64,000 bases of DNA from Macrostomum hystrix (Eukaryota; Animalia; Platyhelminthes): assembly GCA_950097015.1 (NCBI GenBank), contig CATNEN010000003.1, positions 9,796,001 to 9,860,000 of the forward strand. The letters run 5' to 3'. The notes below the pieces were generated by a model. It saw only the letters and a program-made list of their open reading frames with translations. It was not told the origin of the DNA and made no database searches. This document shows positions 1 to 13,700 of the stretch, one piece after another. The position numbers were made by a program, and so were the translations under genes. Each line of letters starts with the position of its first letter. Position 1 is the first letter of the stretch.

Positions 1-3000
1 GACGCTGTCGACGCATTCAGAATCGACTGCGTCGACCTAGACCGTCTGGTAGGCGTTCGAGTTGGCCTAGAAAAACCTCAACCGGACGACGCCTGGCTTT
101 TCGACACAGTCAGGGTCAGCGTGCCGCAGCGCCCGGAGCTCGGCGTCCAAGTTTTCAGCAACACCAGCGCCGAACTGGGACCCGACGTGGCCTCCGTGGA
201 GCTTTATCCAGATGCTGGACTGTCAACTGCGGCCGGCACGCCCGAGCCTTCAAAACCGCTGGAAGCTGGGTCTCAACATCAGCAGCAGCAGCAGCAGCTT
301 CAGGAGCAGCGCGAGGCATCCGGAAAATCGAGATCTCAGCAGCAGTGGGACTGGGTCGTCAAGCTGCGAGTCTCGCCCGATTCCGGAGCCAAGCAGACTG
401 GTCGCCTGTTTCTGGCACTGTACGGCGATTCCGGTCACAGCAGAGACATCTGCCTGAACGCCGAGCAGAACGACGATCGCCAGAAGCAGCAGCTGGAGGA
501 GGAGCAAGTGAAGAGGTCTCTACAGGAGCTGACGCCGGGTGCTGAGTGCGAGTTCCGCATGGTAACTGAGCCGCTCGGACGCCTGTGGAAGCTTCGCCTG
601 TCTGTGCATCACCAGGACTCCTGGGACAATTTCAGCGTCAGCTCATTGCAGCTCTCTCGACTCGTCACAACAAAAGAAGGCGATGAGGAAGCAGCGGATA
701 AGCAGGAATTCCATGTTGAGCTCAATGTTAAACTCGGGCGAACCTCAGACGCTGTGCTAGCTAAGGAGAAGCCACTAGAAGTAGACAGAACCCTGAAGCT
801 GTATGAAATCGAAATGAAAGTTAGTCAAGTGTTCGGAGCGTCGAGTGACACCGAATTTTTTGTTGACGTCGGCGGCAGCAGCGGCAACTCTGGCAGGCGC
901 TTCCTGTTGCACGATCGCGAACGCTCGCTTTGGTTCAGCGAGGGCGCACTTCGACGCTTCCAAATTGAGGCCGTGGACCTCGGCAGTCCCAAGGTGCTGT
1001 TCGTTGGGCATGACAAACCCGGACGAGCTGGAGTTGGTACCTGCTTTGATTGGGTGAGATATGAGCTTGTTCTTGTTTTAGCTAATCGCCACTATGGAAT
1101 AGGACGAGAAACTAAGTTTCTTAGAAAAAGTTAGTGAGGCCGGTTTTCCTGAAAATACATTAGGAAATCATAACTTTTTTCAAAACAAATTTAGTGACTG
1201 TTTTTGAATGGAGGCAGCCCAAAGTATAATTTTTGAGTTTCCTTATTTATAACTTCAATGATCTTTAGGCTTTATTAGTAAAATATCAATTTTATAATAA
1301 TTTTACAAACTTACAAACTCATCTTTCAGGTGTCGGTACGTGAATCGTCCGCCGAGACCAAACTGGTGTTCCCCTGCGGTCGCTGGTTCGATTCCGCCTT
1401 CGATCAAGTGTCTGTTGAGCGAGAGCTGTCAGCCTGCGAGACTGTACACGCCAGCGAGGGGGAGTTTGATTTCAACGGCGGCCAGGTGGTACTCACCCTG
1501 TGCAGCGATGCTTGCTCCGATCCTTATAAAGGACCTGTACATGTGAGTCTGTGGGATGGTTTTATAGCTACTCACCGGAATACGACCCGTCTGAGCGAAT
1601 ACGAATAAAAAATCTCACCTTAGCAACCATCGGAAATCCCAATAGAGAAACATACTGAAAAACCTCTCCTTGGCAACCATCGGAAATCCCAATAGAGAAA
1701 CATACTGAAAAACCTCTCCTTGGCAACCATCGGAAATCCCAATAGAGAAACATACTGAAAAACCTCTCCTTAGCAACCATCGGAAATCCCAACAGAGATA
1801 CCTACTCAAAATCTCTCCTTAGCAACCTGAAATCGCTCCCATCATTGGTCATCCAGGTGACAGCCGTCGGCGCCAAGGGCCAATCCGGCGGACTGACGCA
1901 GCCCAGCATCGAGATTCAACCAGGCGGCCTGGCGGAGTTCGCCGTCGACTTCAGCCAAGGCACCACCGGCCGAGTCCAGCTGCTTCGCCTGCAGTTGAGC
2001 AGTCCTTCGATGGACGTCACCCTGAGCGGACTCTGCATCCGGGAGGCTGGCAACTGGTTGGCCAGCGCCATCAGCACCAACAACCCAGCGATTCGTCGCT
2101 GGTCCGCTCTGGAATTCGGCGCAGCTTCGGAGGCCGGCGCCTCGTGTCACGATGTGCCATTAGATAAGGGTCTGCGGCTGGTAAACTACATTATCGGAAT
2201 TCGAACAGCTGCCGGCGACGATGGAAATGCCAGACCGCCGAAGAGGTTCACAGTGGATATTCAGGTTGGTCCGATGTGTTAGACACAATAAACAATGCGG
2301 GTTAGACACAATGCTTCGGATGCTTCGACACGACGATTCGGGTGATAGACGCGATGATTCGGGTGTTAGACACGGTGAATGAGGACGCGATTCTTTGGAG
2401 GTTTCATACACAATTTTTAGAGCTGTTAGACACAACACTTTGTGTGTTAAACCAACTAATAGGGGTATTAGACACGTAGCTTTTTGTGTTAGACATAATG
2501 GTTCGGGGTGTTAGATACAATCGTTGATAGGTGTTGCGCACAATGCTTCTAAGGCGTTACACACAATCTTTTGGATGTCTTAGATAAAAAACTTAGTGTG
2601 TTAGACAAACTGGTTCGGGTTGCGATGATTCGGGGTGTTAGACGCGATGATTCGGGGGTGTTAGACGCGATGATTCGGTGTGATAGACGCGATGATTCGG
2701 GGTGTTAGACGCGATGATTCGGGTTTCGATGAGTTAGTTCTGCAACATCCAACTCGGCAATTTCTCGCACAGGGTCGCCACGGTCGCACAGAGGGGCGTC
2801 CGCTAGGTCCGCGCGCCCTGATTCGCGAAGACTTCGGCCACCGACCGAATGGCATGGACACTTTCCTGGTGCCGGCTGTCTATGTGGGTCCTCCGCTGCG
2901 GCTGACGATCGCTCTGGCTGATCGCGACGCTGCCGCTGACGACTCGGACAGTCCAGACTCGATCTCCTGGCCAATCGCGGAGGTCATTCTACGCGAAGGC

Positions 3001-6000
3001 GAGTTCAATCCGTACGAGTTCCGCTTCCTGACCAACAATGCTCGCCTGACGCCCAGCTCAACCAGTCTGCAGCTTCGAGAGCCTCAACGCGTGCCAGCGG
3101 CTGCGGGGCTGACTGGCCTGCCGGAGTTTCCCAGGACAACCGGACGGTTCAACGTCGTCCTGCACATCGGCAGCGTTGGCTGGACTGGCGAACCGGCGAA
3201 TTGTCGGCTGAGACTGTCTGCCAGCGGCACAATGTCACTGGCGGACACTCAGCCGCAGGAGCTCCTGCCTGCAGGAGACCGCGGCCTGGCCAGCTACTCG
3301 GTGCACCGATTCCTGCTGGACTTTGGCGATATCGGCGAACTGACCAGGCTCCGGTTGGACCTGACTGGCGTTCCTGAGGCTCGCCTCGAGGTGACCAAGC
3401 TCCGCCTATCGGACGCCGGGTCGAGCGCCGAGTTTTTCTTGCCGGTGAATCGGGTGCTGGCCTGCGGCGAGTCCGTCGAGCTGGCCGCCTGCCGGCCGGG
3501 AGTGCCGCAGCCGCGCACCCTGGCCTATCAGATCAGCCTGAGGCTGGGCGCCGGTCGGAACGGTGCTGGTTGTGGCGACTTGGCAGCCAACAGTCTGAGC
3601 CTGAAGCTGCACGGCGATATGGGCGAGTCGGGCGCGATGCCGCTGCCGCCGAGTCAGCAGCCTCTGTCGCCGGGTCAAACTCTGCACGCTCGGCTCAACT
3701 GCCTCTCTGTTGGCCAGCTGACTGGCCTCACAATCGGTCACGACTTTCCCGGACGGGGCCAGGGCGTGTACATCGACCACGCCACGGTGTCCTACGCAGA
3801 TCCGAGCGTTGCCACGGTGTACTTCCCCGCCAAACGCTGGCTGGACGCCGGCTGGGGCGACGGATTCACCCAGGCGAGGCTGGGCCCGCCGGCGCTGGAC
3901 GCTGTCGCCTGCTCGGAGGTCGACTGGTTGCTAGAGGTGGCCACTGACGAAGCTGACGCACTGCTCGGTCTGGCAACGGCTGGAAGGCTGCGGGTTCGAC
4001 TGCAGCACCAGCGAGACGCCGACGGGCGAGCCTTCGTCACCGAGGTCGGCAAAGACGCCGACGATGGGGCTAGAGACTCGGCCGACGAGGAAGACGAAGA
4101 CGAGGACGAGACGATGCTGCTGACGCCAGTGACAGAGCCCGAATCACAAGCTGGCGACCAGCGCCGATGCCTGCTGACCTTCCGCCGCCGGCTGCCACTG
4201 GCAAAGCCGACCTCGCCATCAGTTGCGCTCGTGTCGGCGGATTCCGATATTGGCGAAATCGCGTCGTTGACTCTGCTCCTAGATGGCGCATCTTCGTCAT
4301 CGTCGGAGCAGGATCAGCCGTCGTCAATTCGAGTGTCGTCAGTTAGCCTGGCGGAGACTCGCTACAGCCGGTGGTGCGCGAAATTCCTGCCAGCAGGCGA
4401 TGGCCAGCCAGCTGCGCTCACTTCGCAGCTGAAACTGACTTCGCCGACATCTTCAAGTGTAGAGAATTTTCAGTCTCTAGTTGAAGCTCCAGCCCGCGGC
4501 ACAGTGTCCTTCGGTCGTTGGCGTCTAGAGACCTGGTCGAGGCCGGCGGACTCGGAGAAGCTGCCACCGGGCTGGATTGAGTTCGTCAGCAGTGGCGACG
4601 TATCGAGCGGACGGCTGCCACTGACTGGCCTGGCTGGCCAGGGCAAGGAGGAATTTCTGGTCAGCTTCGACCCAGTGTCAGTGCACGAGGTTTTCAAGAT
4701 CCGGCTGGGATTGGACGAAGCTGCAGAGTCCAGCGGAGGCGGTATTTGGCTATTGGACAAGGTGAGCAGTGAATGATGGTTGCTATGCTGCAGAGTGATA
4801 GCTCATGAGGCTACTGCAAGCAATTATTCAACGTCTCGGAAATGAAAATTTGTGTGCATGCCCTAGCTAGACAGAGGGAGAATCGAAAGAGATGAGACAG
4901 CGGAGAGATGAGACAGTGGAGAGATGAGACAGTGGAGAGATGAGACAGTGGAGAGATGAGACAGTGGAGAGATGAGACAGTGGAGAGATGAGACAGCGGA
5001 GAGATGAGACAGCGGAGAGATGAGACAGTGGAGAGATGAGACAGCGGAGAGATGAGACAGCGGAGAGATGAGACAGCGGAGAGATGCGAAAGCGGAGAGA
5101 TGAGACAGCGGAGAGATGAGACAGCGGAGAGATGAGACAGCGGAGAGATGAGACAGCGGAGAGATGAGACAGCGGAGAGATGAGACAGCGGAGAGATGAG
5201 ACAGCGGAGAGATGAGACAGCGGAGAGATGAGACAGCGGAGAGATGCGAAAGCGGAGAGATGAGACAGTGGAGAGATGAGACAGTGGAGAGATGAGACAG
5301 CGGAGAGATGAGACAGCGGAGAGATGAGACAGCGGAGAGATGAGACAGCGGAGAGATGAGACAGAGCAGATGTGAGAAAGGGGGAAGTGAGAACGAGAAG
5401 AGATAAGAAAATACAGGGGCGATAAATTTGTTTAATTAAGGAGCTATTCGGGCCGTATCAGACCTCCGGACAGAATGCTGTTTGTACAATCGCGAAATCA
5501 ATCGAGTCAACATCGTGAACTCATCTTTTGCAGATCCGCCTACAAGACCTCGACACAATGGACACCTTTGCTGCATCGATTAATCAGCAGCAGGCAGCTT
5601 CAATCACTCCAGGCGACTGTATCGAAGTTCAAGCAGATTGGCCAGGCGCTCATCTATTGGATACAGTCGACTACGAAGTTTCGTTGAAGGTCGGCGCCGG
5701 TTCCAACTCGGGCACCGCTGGTGGAGTCTACGTTAACTTGCACAGCGCCGACGGCGTCAAATCCACCGGCGAGCGGCTGCTGGCCAGAGGCCTGACACCC
5801 GGCCAGGAGGTCACCCGACGATTCCGTTCGCTGCGCCTCCTGCCTGACATTGGTCGGCTGAGCCTTCGTTGCGACGCAGGCGGACCCGGCAACGGAGTGT
5901 TTGTCGAACGGCTGACAGTCAGACAGCTGGCTGTTAACGGTAGCGATTCCAGCGTCGGCGGCGGCGGCAGCAGGAAGCTGAAGTTCCCGGTGCACCGCGG

Positions 6001-6079
6001 ACTGGACGAAGGCGACGAAGACGGTCGGCTGTCGCTGGAGCTCTTCCCGGCAGCTGAGTCGACAGAAGCCTCTAATTGA
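1..6079 (+). CDS. LOXHD1: Multi-PLAT/LH2-domain protein (LOXHD1-like), 5'-partial. Exons <1-1053, 1330-1542, 1857-2264, 2773-4761, 5534-6079
   Basis: Repeated PLAT signatures: LYGDSGHS, FQIEAVDLGSPKVLFVGHD, FPCGRWFD, LHGDMGESG, LTIGHD, YFPAKRWLD, VYVNLHS, FPVHRGLD. All four GT-AG introns are phase 0 and join the ORF-track segments in frame. Orthology to LOXHD1 is inferred from domain content only. Confidence 0.8.
1610..1828. repeat. 50-bp tandem repeat, about 4 copies, in intron
   Basis: cggaaatcccaa starts at 1631, 1681, 1731 and 1781. Confidence 0.9.
2275..2725. repeat. Degenerate ~22-bp tandem repeat (gtgttagacgcgatgattcgg) in intron
   Basis: Recurrent tgttagac...gattcgg motif, best conserved at 2620-2722. 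Confidence 0.75.
4888..5365 (-). repeat. 16-bp minisatellite (gagatgagacagYgga), same family as the arrays inside the hAT-type MITEs at 36.8 and 44.8 kb
   Basis: Period 16. It is the reverse complement of the tctcatctctcc-type arrays, and cgggccgtatc at ~5449 matches the MITE subterminal motif gatacggccc in reverse. Confidence 0.9.
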
Positions 6080-6088
6080 GCTCTTTGA

Positions 6089-6473
6089 CAGTAGAAAGAC
6101 TACGGGGGATAAGACCCACTGCCTACTTCACGATAGCTCCCAAACCGAATGACCGATTTTCGTGAAAGTCCCGATTTTCGTCGAGATATTCAGCGACTCT
6201 CGTCGAAGACCCTGATGAAGGACAACAAACATTGCTCTGCATAAAGCACCATGGCGAATCCACATTGGTTCAATAATTTGATTTTGATTAACCATTTAAT
6301 CAATCCAGAATCGTCAGAGATAACAGCCGACACGATGCCCTTTCGTGGTTTTTGCCACCAGTCACCCCGACGAGAATCGTTGAATATCTCGACCATGCTG
6401 ATGTTTTGGTTGAATATTTTGAGAAATGCAGAAAAAATGTTGATGTATAAAATACCCCGTGGTATTTCTATTG
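6089..6473. mobile_element. Putative MITE with short inverted ends (CAGTAGAAA...TTTCTATTG), 10 nt after the PLAT-gene stop
   Basis: An internally deleted relative at 38964-39056 shares both ends and the ttggttgaatatttt..gaaaaaatg segment. Confidence 0.6.
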
Positions 6474-6681
6474 TTAACGGACTCTTGAACAACCAACGAT
6501 AGGATTAGATCGAGAGCCAGTTTTTAAAGTTCATCTACTCAAATTGATTTCCTAGCTTACTCCTATAAGCATGAGGACGCGTACAACTTATTATGTCCTT
6601 GGACATAACAGACACAAATTTCTACCCCTTCTACGGCTCGTATAATTATTTTATTTTCTCTTCTTGTATAAGAGGAAAGTA

Positions 6682-7080
6682 GGGGCGGATAGCTCAGTCA
6701 GTAAGGTGTCGGACTCTGGATCAGATGGTCCTGGGTTCGACTCCCGACCTAGTTTAGAACTATTCGTCCTGCCTTTGGCAAGCTGCTTTGCCCTGATGTG
6801 CACAGTCTACTCAGCTGCAAATGAGTACCGACATTTCGTCGGGTAATAATAATTCCGGCTGGCGTGGAATAAAGCAGTTCTGTGCGGCAATTCAGTGGGT
6901 TTGGATGCTGCCGATATGTTTGGAAAAAATAAATTCCATTGCTGACACGCGGCTTTCAACCCGGCGTCCGAGAGAGCCGGAGTGTACATTAGGTGTGCAG
7001 TCCCCACCTGTGCTTGACACACAACACCTGCACTGGCCCTTGGGTCTAGTGTCATTATTATTACTCGTATTATTATTATA
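6682..7080 (+). mobile_element. tRNA-derived SINE (family 1)
   Basis: A box TAGCTCAGTCAG, B box GGTTCGACTCC, no acceptor-stem pairing, non-tRNA body, (TTA)n-like tail. Confidence 0.75.
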
Positions 7081-7969
7081 TTGTATAAATTGGTTGCAGC
7101 TTGTATCTAGGACTAAAGCGCATGACATGGACTGAAAATTGACCTCTTTTAGTTCGTAATATATTCAATTACAACTGTAATTCGCTTAATCAGTGCACCA
7201 ATAGACAATAATCTGCGCAACCTCAGTAACTGCAACACCGTCAGTCTATTCTGTAGATTGTAGATTAATATTTTCATACTTGGTCATATATGGTTACTCG
7301 TATGATGTACTCGTAAGCCCTCAACATAAAGTTCAGATCTTATATATATTTCTAAAACCCACACAAACTAAGTGACCCTATAGACATGCACCAGCACATT
7401 TCTATAAGGAAACTACCTGTGCAAAACCGTTCGCAATGTTCTAGTATTCATAGAACCTCTGAGTTTTACTTCTAATCTCACCTGGTGTGAGTAGAATATT
7501 ATCTAGTATACTCTATCTACTAACCGTTTATAATATGTTGTAGTAAGTGTACTCTTTGAAATGATAGCTTCGTGTTGTAAAATATAAAATTGAAGACTAC
7601 AAGGTTGTGAATCTTGAGAATGTCTATTAACGGCTGTGCATCGAAGTTAGATTTCTTTGCTTTTCTGCATGATTGATGTCTTTTCGCGATTGTCAAAATG
7701 TCTTTATAATAAAGAAGTTTATTTTTCCCCATAATTGCTTATTAATTTGCACTTCATATTATATGAATTGGCGAGACGAGTAAACACAGAGCTAGCATCA
7801 AATCATTATTATTATTTCTTTATTTACGAACTGGAAGAATGGACTGGTAAGAGAGGAGAGAAAACTGGATATTAGAAATATGGGGCAGAGAGAATTGAAA
7901 GGAGAAAAAGGGAATCAGAAGACCGGATGAGGGGATGGGGAACAGCAAAGAATAGGAAAGATATAAGAC

Positions 7970-8642
7970 GGGGGGAGAAGATTAGAAAGATAAGTGAGGG
8001 AGCGGACTAGAAAGATAAGTGGGGGGAGAGGATTAGAAAGATAAGTGGGGGAGAGGACTAGAAAGATAAGTGGGGGAGAGGACTAGAAAGATAAGTGGGG
8101 GAGAGGACTAGAAAGATAAGTGGGGAGAGGACTAGAAAGATAAGTGGGGGAGAGGACTAGAAAGATAAGTGGGGGGAGAGGATTAGAAAGATAAGAGGGG
8201 GAGAGGACTAGAAAGATAAGTGGGGGGAGAGGATTAGAAAGATAAGAGGGGGAGAGGACTAGAAAGATAAGTGGGGGAGAGGACTAGAAAGATAAGTGGG
8301 GGAGAGGACTAGAAAGATAAGTGGGGGGAGAGGACTAGAAAGATAAGTGGGGGGAGAGGATTAGAAAGATAAGTGGGGGGAGAGGATTAGAAAGATAAGT
8401 GGGGGAGAGGACTAGAAAGATAAGTGGGGGGAGAGGATTAGAAAGATAAGTGGGGGAGAGGACTAGAAAGATAAGTGGGGGAGAAGATCAGGAAGATAAG
8501 ACGGGGAGAGGATTAGGAAGATAAGGCGGGGAGAGGATTAGGAAGATAAGACGGGGAGAGGATTAGGAAGATAAGGCGGGGAGGATTAGGAAGATAAGGC
8601 GGGGAGAGGATTAGGAAGATAAGGCGGGGAGAGGATTAGGAA
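7970..8642. repeat. Purine-rich ~26-bp minisatellite (ggggagaggactagaaagataagtg)
   Basis: About 25 tandem copies with a variable G-run. Confidence 0.95.
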
Positions 8643-10034
8643 GAGAAAATGGGAATAGAGAAATGGGAACAGATGATGGGAAAAAGTAATAGGGAAGAGG
8701 GTAGGGTAAAAATGGGGAAGCCGGGAAGAGAATACGTGGTATTGAATGGGAAGTGTGGATGAGGAAGAGATACTGAAAGACATGGAAGATTTGCGAAAAG
8801 AAAATGGAGTAAGGCAAATAAGGAACACACAGAAAATATAATATTCCTGCCACACAAAAAACTGCTGGCAATTACAATGGCAAAAAATTAACAAACAATA
8901 CGCGAGTGCCCAATAGGCGTACTTATTTATTTAATTTGATAGCTGGAACAAGTTGCACGCAGAGATATGAACAGTTTATTAGTAGTTTATAACAAATGGC
9001 TGCCTTTTAGCATATTGTGAAGCTACTAGCTCTCTGACTTGCTGACTAAAAATATGTTTTTGCACCAGTTCAACTGTAATAACATAAAACTTAACATATA
9101 AAACCAGAGTATTAATTAAATTCAACAAGCAGCCAGTCATGCAGTCGAATTGACCTATCTTGTTTTACTCTATGAATGTGAGCATTGACACACGCGAGCA
9201 AAAGCAGAGACTAAATTATTATATAAATTGAATTGAGAAAATAAAGACACACTCTATATTATATCGCTGAGATCAACCAGAATGAGCGAGCGAATGAATA
9301 GTAAATAATAAGCGATTTAAAAGTACACGGAGTCGAACCCGGGACCTTGCAGTTCGGAGTCTATAGCTCTTATCGTCTGTGCACGGTTGCCTCCTGCCGA
9401 ACAAATTTGGACGAAAAACGCTAAACAACCGCTTATTTAATTTAGTTAGTAGTATGTACAACAAACCAGTTATAACTAAGGATTCATTTTCATGCTTTGG
9501 TCATCCCAAACTTGTTCGATCAGCGTGGAGCACAGAAATAGTAAAATAAAAAACACACAAATAACAACAGGGTGCATTGCTTGCAGCAACAGCAGCAGCA
9601 GCAAGCGAGGAATAGATAGATATAAATAATTTCGCGCGAGATCATCAACTAATGCTTAAAATAAATTCGATAATTTATTGTAATTATTTCTAATGACTTG
9701 GAGACAATTATTTTAAAACGAATGTCAACTTAATAGTCGATAAAAGTACACAATAATAATACGAGAGCTACTGTTATATGAGTAGCCAAGGTGCTCAACA
9801 GAAATTGCTTTAGTTCTATAAATTGTAATAAAGTTTAAGACTGCGAGTAATACAGTAAGCAATTATTATCAGATGTGCTATCTGTACAGTTCACAAAAAT
9901 GGGCAATAATAATAGGAAACTCAGAGAAAAAATACTGAAAATTATACAGATCCTGGTCCCACCCGTTAAAAAACAGGCACTAGAAGCGAAAAATATATGT
10001 ATACGGGAAATTTTCAACTATGCTAATAACTCAC

Positions 10035-10340
10035 GGGAATACAAGAATTGGATAATTGGGAATACAAGAATGGGATAATTGGGAATACAAGAATGGGATA
10101 ATTGGGAATACAAGAATGGGATAATTGGGAATACAAGAATTGGATAATTGGGAATACAAGAATGCGATAGATGAGAATACAAGAATGGGATAATTGGGAA
10201 TACAAGAATTGGATAATTGGGAATACAAGAATGCGATAGATGAGAATACAAGAATGGGATAATTGGGAATACAAGAATGGGATAATTGGGAATACAAGAA
10301 TGGGATAATTGGGAATATAATAATTGATAATTGGGAATAG
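10035..10340. repeat. 23-bp minisatellite (gggataattgggaatacaagaat), downstream of or in the 3' UTR of PPP4R3
   Basis: Period 23, about 13 copies. Confidence 0.95.
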
Positions 10341-10737
10341 AAGTTTGTATACAATATAATTGGGATCTGACCAAAAAACGAATACACAATGCTATACACA
10401 AATAACACAAAGACGGTGTGCTCAGAGGCTCAGAGAACACCCAACTGTCGCTAACCCACCAGGTGCAGTTATGTACAGCAAGAACAGCAATAAAACTATT
10501 GTTTACTTTAAAACAGAAAAGAAAAAGCCATTGAAAATCTAGACTTCAAATATGCGAATTAGGAGATTGCAATTATAATATGATTTGTTGAACATGCAAA
10601 ATCAATTAAACAATAATGAAGCATCTATTGCTAGCCTGTAAAGGAACTGGTTGCGGACGAAAAACATCTCGGATTTCACTTGATAAAACTGACACGTGAC
10701 TACTTACTCATTGCTTAAAACCAGTAGTAGAAGCTTA

Positions 10738-13700
10738 TTATCCATTCATGCTACTGTCAACCTCCATGCTGCTTCCATCTTCGTCTGTTGAAATTGAAGA
10801 ACTGGACGACGAGGGCGACAAAGAGAGGCGAATTCGTTTGGCAGCGGCGATGTCGCTATTGGTTTCCATAGCAACCTGGTCGCGTTGATTTTCAGTGTCT
10901 TTGTTGACCTCTTCCTCGTCTTCATCATCTTCTTCTGTGCTGGCGACGTCTTCATTATCTTCCTCGCTAGTGGCTTTCAAACAGCCGGCTACACTTGAGT
11001 TCACCTTTTCAACTAACAGATTGTCATCTGCGGAGGCAGCCGCGGCAGTGCTAGTCGAGGCTGCGTCTACGAGCTGCTGCTGACGGCTAGATGGTACCCT
11101 GTTTAAGTTGAAACATATTTATTGTTAAAGGAGTTTGTGTTTAAAAATTAATACATTTTGTGGGGTTTTTAATGAGGGCCATTACCAATGAGTCAGGGAA
11201 TAAGTGGGTCATGTCAATCGGACAGGGAATAAGTGGGTCATTGTCAATGAGTCAGGGAATAAGTGGGTCATGTCAATCGGACAGGGAATAAGTGGGTCAT
11301 TTTCAATGAGTCAGGGAATAAGTGGGTCATGTCAATCGGACAGGGAATAAGTGGGTCATTGTCAATGAGTCAGGGAATAAGTGGGTCATGTCAATCGGAC
11401 AGGGAATAAGTGGGTCATTTTCAATGAGTCAGGGAATAAGTGGGTCATTGTCAATGGGACAAGGAATAAGTGGGCCATTAACAATGAGTCAGGGAATAAG
11501 TGGGTCATTGTCAATGAGTCAGGGAATAAGTGGGTCATGTCAATGAGTCAGGGAATAAGTGGGTCATTGTCAATGGGACAGGGAATAAGTGGGTCATTGT
11601 CAATGGGACAGGGAATAAGTGGGTCATTGTCAATGGGACAGGGAATAAGTGGGTCATTGTCAATGGGACAGGGAATAAGTGGGTCATTGTCAATGGGACA
11701 GGGAATAAGTGGGTCATTGTCAATGGGACAGGGAATAAGTGGGTCATTGTCAATGGGACAGGGAATAAGTGGGCCATTAACAATGAGTCAGGGAATAAGT
11801 GGGCCATTAACAATGAGTCAGGGAATAAGTGGGTCATTGTCTATGGGACAGGGAACAAGTGGGTCATTGTCAATGAGTCAGGGAATAAGTGGGTCATGTC
11901 AATGAGTCAGGGAATAAGTGGGTCATTGTCAATGGGACAGGGAATAAGTGGGTCATTGTCAATGGGACAGGGAATAAGTGGGTCATTGTCAATGGGACAG
12001 GGAATAAGTGGGTCATTGTCAATGGGACAGGGAATAAGTGGGCCATTAACAATGAGTCAGGGAATAAGTGGGCCATTAACAATGAGTCAGGGAATAAGTG
12101 GGTCATTGTCTATGGGACAGGGAACAAGTGGGTCATTGTCAATGAGTCAGGGAATAAGTGGGTCATGTCAATGAGTCAGGGAATAAGTGGGTCATTGTCA
12201 ATGGGACAGGGAATAAGTGGGTCATTGTCAATGGGACAGGGAATAAGTGGGTCATTGTCAATGGGACAGGGAATAAGTGGGTCATTGTCAATGAGTCAGG
12301 GAATAAGTGGGTCATTGTCAATGGGACAGGCAATAAGTGGGTCATTGTCAATGGGACAGGGAATGAGTGGGTCATGTCAAATGGGTCAGGGAAAGAGTGA
12401 GTCATGTCAATGGATGGGTCAGGGAACGAGTGGGTCATGTCAATGGATGGGTCAGGGAACGAGTGGGTCATGTCAATGGATGGGCCAGGGAATGAGTGTG
12501 TCATGTCAATGGGCCAGGGTCATGACATAAGATTACAATAGGATCTTGAGGAGACCAATCAAAACTTGATTAAAAACAAGTAGCAACCATCGTCAAGTTG
12601 CTTTGCTGTCTGGAGTTTAAAAAAATTGCCAACTAAGACTAAAAAGTGATCCTTAAAGGCAATAATGGGACCGAAAATTAATCGAAAAAGTATGAAAATG
12701 CAATAATTGCATTTAGTAAACAGGAGTAACTATGACTTTAAAATATTAGTCCGAAGCCTTGTCGTCTAAATCATTGAAAACTTTTTATTCAAAAGCAGTT
12801 AAAAAGCAAATAAACAAAAGTCAAATAGGATTAAAAGACATAATTTTCTGTGTGGATTAAAGCCTTAGTATAAAATAACGGACCCTCGATTGTCCAACGA
12901 GGACACTGAAGACGAAGGAGAATAATATGGTTTCTGTTGCATTCGATGCTGATTGGACAGCTCAGATCGCAGTCTACGACGCTTGACTAGCTGCATTGGA
13001 GGGCTAGTGTGAAGCGAATAATATTACACTTTAGCTAAGCTTAGTTTAGATCATTTAACATAAATATGGTTAGATACCTATTCCACTAATCGCATATCCC
13101 TAACCGAAGAATCTCACATCCCTATCCCAAGAATCTCAGATCCCTATCCTAAGAATCTCAGATCCCTATCCTAAGAATCTCAGATCCCTATCCCAAGAAT
13201 CTCAGATCCCTATCCCAAGAATCTCAGATCCCTATCCCAAGAATCTCACATCCCTATCCCAAGAATCTCAGATCCCTATCTCAAGAATCTCAGATCCCTA
13301 TCCCAAGAATCTCAGATCCCTATTCCAAGAATCTCACATCCCTATCCTAAGAATCGCAGATCCCTATCTCAAGAATCGCAGATCCCAATCCCAAGAATGC
13401 CAGATCCCTATCTTAAGAATCTCAGATCCCTATTACAAGAATCTCAGATCCCTATTACAAGAATCTCAGATCCCTATTACAAGAATCTCAGATCCCTATC
13501 CTAAGAATCTCAGATCCCTATCCTAAGAATCGCAGATCCCTATCTCAAGAATCGCAGATCCCTATCCTAAGAATCGCAGATCCCTATCTCAAGAATCGCA
13601 GATCCCAATCCCAAGAATGCCAGATCCCTATCTTAAGAATCTCAGATCCCTATTACAAGAATCTCAGATCCCTATTACAAGAATCTCAGATCCCTATTAC

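Noticed and set aside
6682-6755. tRNA gene
   Set aside because: A and B boxes are present but the acceptor stem does not pair and the sequence continues into a SINE body; likewise 34460 and 61653
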